Part shown: piece after piece, positions 57,920 to 64,000 of the stretch
Position numbering within the stretch: the stretch's first letter is position 1
How the letters are laid out: the number at the start of each line of letters is the position of its first letter
Assembly (NCBI GenBank): GCA_041746255.1
Contig: JBGTHM010000019.1
Location: 90,107 to 154,106, forward strand
Direction of reading: 5' to 3'
Source: Fibrobacteria bacterium
GTDB taxonomy: Bacteria; Fibrobacterota; Fibrobacteria; UBA11236
Length of the DNA: 64,000 bases
Notes under the pieces: model-generated
Databases searched by the model: none
What the model saw: the letters and a program-made list of their open reading frames with translations, nothing else
Told to the model about the DNA's origin: nothing
Translations under genes and position numbers: made by a program

Positions 57920-59368
57920 ATGAATCCCTATATTGCCACCCAGCTTCCGCTAATCATCGGCTTCATCCTGCTCCTGCTGACGGCCTCCTTACGCCCCTGG
58001 AAGGCCGAACCCTTTTCTTTGCCGATTTCGCTGGCCGCCCTTTTTCTGACGGGATTGTTGGTACAAACGGGTTTGCAGCCCGGACAAGTTTATTTCGGAG
58101 GCTCCATCCAGGTTACCGCCACCGGAAAATCCCTGGCATTGTTATGCCTGCTTTTAACCGGATTGGCGCTGCTGCTATCGCAAAATTACCTCGACAAGGT
58201 TCGCGTGCATCCTGTCGATTGGCGCATGGTGGTTTTGGCGTCGGCGCTGGGCATGGTGAGCCTTTGCTTGGTGGGCGATTTGGCCACGCTTTTCGTCGCC
58301 TACGAACTGGTTTCCATCCCCTCTTATGTATTGGCTGGATTTGCAAGCCGTGATCCCCGTTCCAATGAAGCTGGGCTTAAATACCTGTTGCTCGGCATGT
58401 TCGCATCCCTTTTGCTTTTGCTGGGCATTTCCTTCGTATACGGAGCCACCGGCGAAATCCATCTCTCGGCGCTCGGCGACAAACTCGCTTTGGCCGCCAT
58501 CACCAACACGGCCGATGCCGAGGCTTCCATGGTTTTCGCCCGGCTGGGTCTGGTATTGATCCTGGCCGCGCTCTTTTTCAAAACGGCGATTGCGCCCTTT
58601 CATACTTGGCTTCCCGATGTTTACCAAGGCACCAACCTCGCTTCCTTGGCCTTTATTTCCTCGCCGGTTAAAGTGGCGGTATTCGGAATGCTGGCCTTGT
58701 TGCTGTGGGGGCCGTTCGCCCCCCTGGGCTCTTTGTGGCAGATGGCGCTGTTGGCCGGCATGGTGGTGTCCGTAGTAGCCGGCAATTTGCAGGCGCTGAC
58801 CCAAATGAGCCTGAAGCGCCTCATCGCTTATTCGGCCGTGGTGAACGGCGCCTTCGTGCTGTTGGCCATTCTCGCGAAATCACCCAATGCCCTGGTGCTC
58901 TATTTAGCGGCCTATGGATTGATGTCGCTGGGCGCCTGGGCGGCCTTCATGGCCATGGGAACAAAATCCGCCGACGTGGATGAATTGAGCGATCTAACCG
59001 GTATGGGGGCATCGCATCGCTGGTTGGCGCTCGGTCTCACCGTGGTCCTGTTCTCCTTCGCAGGCATCCCGCTTACGGTGGGTTTCGCGGCCAAGTTCGC
59101 AGTCCTATACGCGGCAGTGCATGCCATACCCACCTTGCCTGCGGGAACCGTGGCCGTCCTTGTGCTGCTGGTCTTGAGCAGCCTGGTATCCTTCTACTAT
59201 TACTTTCAGATTGTGCGGTCCATCTGGTTCGCCAAGGTGGAACCGGCTACGTCGGTGCCTGTGGCGGGTTTACAGCGCACCCTGCTGTGGAACTATGCGA
59301 CTGTCCTGGCCATCGTGGTTTTTCTCGCCCTAACGTTGGGATTCTTCCCCCGCCTCGTGGGGTTGTAG
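57920..59368 (+). CDS. nuoN: NADH-quinone oxidoreductase subunit N
   Basis: SNEAGLKYLLLG; FKTAIAPFHTWLPDVYQG; AGIPLTVGFAAKF. Confidence 0.94.
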   Translation: MNPYIATQLPLIIGFILLLLTASLRPWKAEPFSLPISLAALFLTGLLVQTGLQPGQVYFGGSIQVTATGKSLALLCLLLTGLALLLSQNYLDKVRVHPVDWRMVVLASALGMVSLCLVGDLATLFVAYELVSIPSYVLAGFASRDPRSNEAGLKYLLLGMFASLLLLLGISFVYGATGEIHLSALGDKLALAAITNTADAEASMVFARLGLVLILAALFFKTAIAPFHTWLPDVYQGTNLASLAFISSPVKVAVFGMLALLLWGPFAPLGSLWQMALLAGMVVSVVAGNLQALTQMSLKRLIAYSAVVNGAFVLLAILAKSPNALVLYLAAYGLMSLGAWAAFMAMGTKSADVDELSDLTGMGASHRWLALGLTVVLFSFAGIPLTVGFAAKFAVLYAAVHAIPTLPAGTVAVLVLLVLSSLVSFYYYFQIVRSIWFAKVEPATSVPVAGLQRTLLWNYATVLAIVVFLALTLGFFPRLVGL

Positions 59369-59420
59369 TAACCTTCCAGTTACGCTATGAAGCTGGACTC
59401 TTCCCGGGTCCTTGCCGGGC

Positions 59421-59849
59421 TCAGTTCTCCGCTTCACCCACCCGTTCCCAAAAGCGAATTAAGAATTCAGCGGGCTTGAGAATGGGTATGGGAAATTTCC
59501 CGGCGACATCCAGCAAATGGTGATCGCTGGAGACGATGGCTTCGGCGTCTAAAGCCAAGGCAACTTCCAAAAATTTATTGTCGGCGGGGTCTTCGGAGAG
59601 GTCTAGCTTTTCCGTTGGTTCGATATTGCAGCTTCTCGCCGGGTCTTGAAACCCTGCCTGCCAGCGGGCCCAGACCTCGGCGGGAAGAAAGGGAACTCTC
59701 CCGAGTATATGCCGGTATTCGCTTAGAATTCCCGCCGAAATCCCCAGCATGAACCGTTGTGCTTCCCAGGCTGCGACGATACGCCGGGAGGTTTTTCCGA
59801 AGCGGGAGGCGATGAAGACGTTGGTATCGAGGAGGATGATTGGCGGCAT
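59421..59849 (-). CDS. PIN-domain protein (PIN_3/VapC-like), no adjacent antitoxin
   Basis: LLDTNVFI; ILSEY; EDPADNKFLEVA; IVSSDHHLL. Confidence 0.88.
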   Translation of the reverse strand: MPPIILLDTNVFIASRFGKTSRRIVAAWEAQRFMLGISAGILSEYRHILGRVPFLPAEVWARWQAGFQDPARSCNIEPTEKLDLSEDPADNKFLEVALALDAEAIVSSDHHLLDVAGKFPIPILKPAEFLIRFWERVGEAEN

Positions 59850-59855
59850 GAAAAA

Positions 59856-59900
59856 TGGTGCACCCCGAGGGATTCGAACCCCCAACCCTTGGCTTCGAAG
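59856..59900 (-). repeat. 45-bp duplication of the tRNA-Arg 3' half (att site)
   Basis: TGGTGCACCCCGAGGGATTCGAACCCCCAACCCTTGGCTTCGAAG is identical to 61375..61419. Confidence 0.95.
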
Positions 59901-59983
59901 ATCTGTCCTCTAGACATAGGCCACGACCCTAAATAGATAGAGTAAATTATCGCTTGTCTGTGTTGCTTCTGATAAGAAATTAT

Positions 59984-60442
59984 TTAATTCACGGAGCAAA
60001 AGCGTTCTTTGACGACCTTCAATTTATTCAGGGAGAGCTCAGCCTTTTTCTGAGACACTTTTTGCGTATTATATCTGGCAGAATGCGCGGTATTGAAAAG
60101 CAGTCGCCAAGAACCGGCTGCAGTATGATAATTTGAACTGATTATTTCGATATAGGCGCTGTGCTTCGAACCTTGATAATCAAATTTCGACAGGAAATCC
60201 GCCAGGGTGGATATCCGATCGGATTTCAGGCCCCAAGTGATTTCAGGAGTTTCTTTGCGGATAAAATAAAGGAAAAATTGAATGGCCGCATAATAAGCCA
60301 TAGTGGCAGACCAATCAAAAGCAGGCTCCAATTCTCCGCCTGGCTTCATTCGAAATAAGAACTCGGCCCAATTTTCATTATGGTGAGCCTTCTCCAAATG
60401 GTCTTGGGGGCTAGGGGCCGGTAGGCCGTCTCTAGTGCTCAT
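59984..60442 (-). CDS. HEPN-like domain protein
   Basis: HLEKAHHN...DWSATMAYYAAIQ...SKHS...LFNTAHSARY pattern of HEPN helical bundles. Confidence 0.6.
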   Translation of the reverse strand: MSTRDGLPAPSPQDHLEKAHHNENWAEFLFRMKPGGELEPAFDWSATMAYYAAIQFFLYFIRKETPEITWGLKSDRISTLADFLSKFDYQGSKHSAYIEIISSNYHTAAGSWRLLFNTAHSARYNTQKVSQKKAELSLNKLKVVKERFCSVN

Positions 60443-60914
60443 TTCGAGGTTTAAGCGGGAAGTCGCGGTGCACGGATTCTTGATCTAGGGGGGCTTCCGA
60501 AGAGTTGGTGATTACCAGAGATTCTATCGTGTAATTCGAGATGGAAGGAAAGGAATCAACCAAAATACGCTCCATTGCGCTAATCAATGAAAAAAGGGTA
60601 TCATGGCTTTCCAAGTACTTTTCTTCTGGAAGAATTACCGCGAAGGATATGCGATTATTCCGAGAGTCGCATCTAAATCGGAAGAATAACTCCTGACCCA
60701 GCCTCTCTTGTAGGAATTGCTCACAAACCACAAAATATGGGTTAATTGTCTTCGCCAATTGGTTATCGGCGTTTTCGAAATTGGGCTCATAGGAAGAAAC
60801 AAAACCTTCAACATGACCTTTTACATATCCACGCTCAAATGCTTGTCGCAGCATATCTTCCAAAGACCGTCTATCTGCGGATTCATTTTCGAAAACTAGG
60901 TTGTTTTTGTTCAT
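60432..60914 (-). CDS. Hypothetical protein, upstream partner of the HEPN-like gene
   Basis: 160-aa ORF with RBS GAGGGG; overlaps the downstream gene by 11 nt. Confidence 0.65.
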   Translation of the reverse strand: MNKNNLVFENESADRRSLEDMLRQAFERGYVKGHVEGFVSSYEPNFENADNQLAKTINPYFVVCEQFLQERLGQELFFRFRCDSRNNRISFAVILPEEKYLESHDTLFSLISAMERILVDSFPSISNYTIESLVITNSSEAPLDQESVHRDFPLKPRNEH

Positions 60915-61374
60915 ACGAGGCCCCCTCTGTAGAAGGAAATTTCTGTGGGGGTAATTTGACTAGAAAAATTCTGCAACGCCCAAGAATATACTTGTATAGG
61001 GATAGTATGTCCATAGGCAGCTTCCGATGTCTAGTTTTGGCAAGAAAATTTTGAAAATTTGCTCAGAATATGGCCTGGAAACACAAATTTCACTGATACT
61101 GAGTAGGCTCTGTTCGCCAAACCCTTATTTTTTAAACTTCGCCAGCACCTTATCCAACTCCTCCTAATTAAGGTCTGCTACCTGCCCTTACCACCCTGCT
61201 CGGCATTTCATAATTCCTAAAATTTGAGTTTTCGGCGCTCCGACGAGTTTTGATTATGCGGAACAGCTCGGTCTGCCATTGAGCGTAATTGCTCAGCCAT
61301 TCGACGAATATTTCGGTCACCTTCAGGAGGGGTTACCTATGTTGTCGAGCAAGCAGCGCATTTATGGAAATTAG

Positions 61375-61451
61375 TGGTGCACCCCGAGGGATTCGAACCC
61401 CCAACCCTTGGCTTCGAAGGCCAGTACTCTATCCAGTTGAGCTAGGGGTGC
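61375..61451 (-). tRNA. tRNA-Arg(UCG)
   Basis: GCACCCCTAGCTCAACTGGATAGAGTACTGGCCTTCGAAGCCAAGGGTTGGGGGTTCGAATCCCTCGGGGTGCACCA: cloverleaf, A20 Arg identity base, anticodon TCG, encoded CCA. Confidence 0.95.
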
Positions 61452-61531
61452 AAGATAGCCGCTTCCCGAGGGAACGGAAAAGACGCTGAGGGAAATATAC
61501 AATCCCACCGCCGGGCCGCAAAGACGCCATT

Positions 61532-62758
61532 TCATCCCGACGGAGAGTCTGGAACATGCCCCCGGGAAGGGTAACCTCGGATATACTCCTGCCGCCTCTG
61601 TAGCCTTCCGGATTTTTCTTCGAAAATAAGCCGGGGACCGTGCAATTGCCCCAGGCTGAAATGGGCTTCCTCCATCAGCACGCCGCTTTCGCTGTAAGTT
61701 TTCCAAATGCCGTCCCTTTTTCCTTCTCGATAACCGCCCTCCACCGAGAGACGCCCGTTGGGATACCACTTGTTCAGTTGGACGGGGAGGTCGTCCCGGT
61801 AGATCACCACCGCCATGCGCGCCCCCGAGGGATAGAACTCCTCGGCGCGGCCCTCCCGTTTCCCGGCTTGGTAGGGGAGGATTTCCAGCACGGCTCCGGT
61901 GCTGTCCAAGCGGGTCAGCCAGCCCGTTCCTTCTTTAAAGAAGCCTTTGGCGATAACCCGTCCCACTTCATCCCACTGGAAGGCACTGTCCGTCTTAAGG
62001 CCGTGAACGTAGAAAGCCTTTTCCGCCGGTCTGCCGTTGGGGTGGAAGGTTTCCCAGAGACCTTCCTTGATGCCGGTATCAGCATAACTTCCTTTTTCCA
62101 AAACCAATGCCGACGGGTCTTGCCGAACATATTCTCCGGCGGGACTTCCGGCCTTGCAGGCATAGGTTTCCGCCCATTCCCCATTGGTGTGAAAGGCGCG
62201 ATAGTTTCCTTTTTCATTGGCGGGAAAGCAGGAGTTTTCCAAAACCACAACACCGTTTTCATTCCACGATTTCCATTCGCCGATTTTGCGGCCCTCCCGG
62301 AAAACTCCCCGGCTTTTAGGGGAGCCGTTTTCAAAAAACTCCGTCCATTCCCCTTCCTCCTTGTCGTCCACGAACCGCCCTTCGGAGGAGCGGGAGAATT
62401 TATTGTAAAAAAACACCCAATCGCCCTGCTTGCGGCCCTGCTGGTATTTGCCTTGGGATTTGATCTGCCCATTATGCCAGTAGGAGAGAAACTCCCCGTG
62501 CAAAACTCCTTTCCGGTAGCGCCCATCGGTTTCGGGTTTATTGTTGAAATAAAAGGTTTGCACGCGACGTAGGTTTTGGAGCGAGGTATCCTTTCCCGCA
62601 TAGGTATGCAAGGTTTTGGGAGACCCCATCTCATAGCGCTCCACCACCACTTCGGTAGTGCAAGCGGATAGCAGACTGAGTATGCCTAACAGCAGAGCAG
62701 CGAGGCAAAACCGGAATCGGGTGGAGGATCTGCCCGGGACGGATAGTGCCCGGTTCAT
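61532..62758 (-). CDS. MORN-variant repeat lipoprotein (YwqK-like repeats)
   Basis: Lipobox LLSAC; many Y..NG..K.EG.Y..G...G.W repeats. Confidence 0.85.
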   Translation of the reverse strand: MNRALSVPGRSSTRFRFCLAALLLGILSLLSACTTEVVVERYEMGSPKTLHTYAGKDTSLQNLRRVQTFYFNNKPETDGRYRKGVLHGEFLSYWHNGQIKSQGKYQQGRKQGDWVFFYNKFSRSSEGRFVDDKEEGEWTEFFENGSPKSRGVFREGRKIGEWKSWNENGVVVLENSCFPANEKGNYRAFHTNGEWAETYACKAGSPAGEYVRQDPSALVLEKGSYADTGIKEGLWETFHPNGRPAEKAFYVHGLKTDSAFQWDEVGRVIAKGFFKEGTGWLTRLDSTGAVLEILPYQAGKREGRAEEFYPSGARMAVVIYRDDLPVQLNKWYPNGRLSVEGGYREGKRDGIWKTYSESGVLMEEAHFSLGQLHGPRLIFEEKSGRLQRRQEYIRGYPSRGHVPDSPSG

Positions 62759-62759
62759 G

Positions 62760-63440
62760 CTATTGCGGCCCCGGGGAGGATTCGGACGGCCGTTGCGCCA
62801 AAATCTCCAGGCATTGCTTGACCAAGGTCATATCCTTTTCACCGGGAGCGGATTCGACCCGGCTGTTGAGATCCACGGCATGGGGGCGGCATACCGACAG
62901 GGCTTGCGCAAGATTATGGGGTCCCAGTCCACCGGCCAGAAAATACGGCCTTACCAGGCGCGCCGTGGAGAGAATCGACCAGTCGAAGCTTTCGCCCGAT
63001 CCCCCGAAAACGCCCGCATCTCCCTGTTTAACCAGGGAATCGACGAGCAGGAAGCGTATGTTGCGGGGCAGCCCGGAGTCGGATTCCGGGGAACCGTCTT
63101 CCGGCAAAAGGTAACGGGAAAGTGACTGTGAAGGCAGGGCGCGGATAACGGGCAAGGAGATGCCGGCGGCATAGGCCGAAGTTTCCCGTCCATGGAGCTG
63201 AACCATATCGAGCTCCACTTCCTCGACGATGCGCTCCAATTCTTCGGGGTCCGCGTCTACAAAAACTCCTACCGAAACCAGGCCCGGGGCCCGGGTTAAA
63301 AGCGCGCGGGCTTTGCGAGGCTCGATATACCGGGGGCTGCGAGGGCTGAAATTAAGTCCGATGTATTGCACGCCAAGCTCCCGCAAGCCCTCGATATCGG
63401 CTTCCCGCCGCACTCCGCATACCTTGACAGCCGTTTTCAT
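62760..63440 (-). CDS. trpF: Phosphoribosylanthranilate isomerase
   Basis: VKVCGV; SPRYI; VQLHGRE; FGGSGESFDW; FLAGGL; VDLNSRVESAPGEKD. Confidence 0.95.
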   Translation of the reverse strand: MKTAVKVCGVRREADIEGLRELGVQYIGLNFSPRSPRYIEPRKARALLTRAPGLVSVGVFVDADPEELERIVEEVELDMVQLHGRETSAYAAGISLPVIRALPSQSLSRYLLPEDGSPESDSGLPRNIRFLLVDSLVKQGDAGVFGGSGESFDWSILSTARLVRPYFLAGGLGPHNLAQALSVCRPHAVDLNSRVESAPGEKDMTLVKQCLEILAQRPSESSPGPQ

Positions 63441-63720
63441 GCCGGAATCCCTCCTCCTAGGGCTAAATGTAGAACCTACCTTAAAAAACCTTCCTGGGTC
63501 TCCGAAAAATCCCTAATTCCACTCGAATAACCCAATCGAGTTGTTACCCGCCTGGTTCCAAGGGGTCGGGGTATTTTATATCTTTTCCAGCGAATATCGA
63601 TGCATCTTGGCGGGTGATTGGGACTTTGGGTCCCGGTTCATCCCGGCACCGGGCCCAGTCCGGGTAGAGTGCAAGAACCAGAACGAGCCTCCGCACGGGA
63701 GGGCTCGACGGAGCGAGGGT

Positions 63721-64000
63721 ATGAGCGAAACGAAGAAAATTGCTTCACTGACCAATGTCACATACAATTATCCGGCCGGCAATGCCGCCCTGGAAAACGT
63801 CACCCTTGATCTCCATCAAGGTGAAATAGTCGGAGTGGTCGGCGCCAACGGCGCCGGAAAAACCAGTTTGATGAAAATCCTGGCGGGCTATATGGAAAAG
63901 TCCGACGGCGGAATTCTTCTCGGTGGCCGCGCTATCGAAGAATTCACCAACCGCAAACTCAACGAATATGTCACTTTGGTCGAACAAAACCCCGAAGGTC
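63721..64000 (+). CDS. ABC ATPase, ECF/CbiO-like (partial; runs off the window end)
   Basis: Manual translation MSETKKIASLTNVTYNYPAGNAALENVTL...GANGAGKTSL...LVEQNPEG; QNPE Q-loop typical of ECF A subunits. Confidence 0.75.
   Translation, partial: MSETKKIASLTNVTYNYPAGNAALENVTLDLHQGEIVGVVGANGAGKTSLMKILAGYMEKSDGGILLGGRAIEEFTNRKLNEYVTLVEQNPEG

Larger units (their letters stand above)
59856..61419. mobile_element. Small tRNA-Arg-integrated genomic islet lacking an integrase
   Basis: Flanking 45-bp direct repeats; interior visibly AT-richer than flanks; two overlapping ORFs. Confidence 0.8.

Noticed and set aside
59856..59900. Second tRNA gene
   Set aside because: Only the 3' half from the anticodon loop is present; the D-arm and 5' acceptor strand are missing, so it is an att duplicate.
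61125..61189. Possible integrase remnant (KGR*QTL/EELDKVLAKFKK) in the islet
   Set aside because: Very short, needs a stop and a frameshift, and has no catalytic RHRY motifs; cannot be supported without tblastn.
61532..62758. YwqK toxin-antitoxin antitoxin
   Set aside because: It is a MORN-variant repeat lipoprotein following trpF with no adjacent polymorphic toxin; the TA label is a common over-annotation.

Overview
Gene-dense, moderately GC-rich bacterial chromosome segment. The T9SS-like C-terminal sorting domains suggest Fibrobacterota or another FCB-group lineage (inference only). Left to right: (1) a glycan-modification group (partial GT-C, SAM methyltransferase, GT2, CE4 deacetylase), a hemerythrin-domain protein and two histidine kinases; (2) a TonB-dependent receptor operon with a Cys-rich lipoprotein and a Vibrio TonB2-like energiser (DUF3450, TtpC-like, ExbB, ExbD, TonB, TPR); (3) an expanded ebo cluster (eboE-F-C divergent from cyclase-TIM barrel-ABC importer-3 tandem dihaem cytochromes-eboA-eboB), whose cyclase looks like a 2-deoxy-scyllo-inosose synthase (BtrC type) rather than EboD or AroB; (4) a TetR/TolC/MFP/RND efflux operon, a GATase1 and an SDR; (5) a full nuoA-N complex I set split between nuoI and nuoJ by orphan signalling domains; (6) an orphan PIN gene, a 1.5-kb integrase-less islet in tRNA-Arg(UCG) bounded by a 45-bp direct repeat and carrying a HEPN-like gene pair, a MORN-repeat lipoprotein, trpF and the start of an ECF-type ATPase with a structured leader. 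The strongest candidate for an undescribed system is the DOI-synthase ebo cluster with its importer and secreted dihaem cytochrome triplet. All family calls come from motif recognition by eye; no searches were run.
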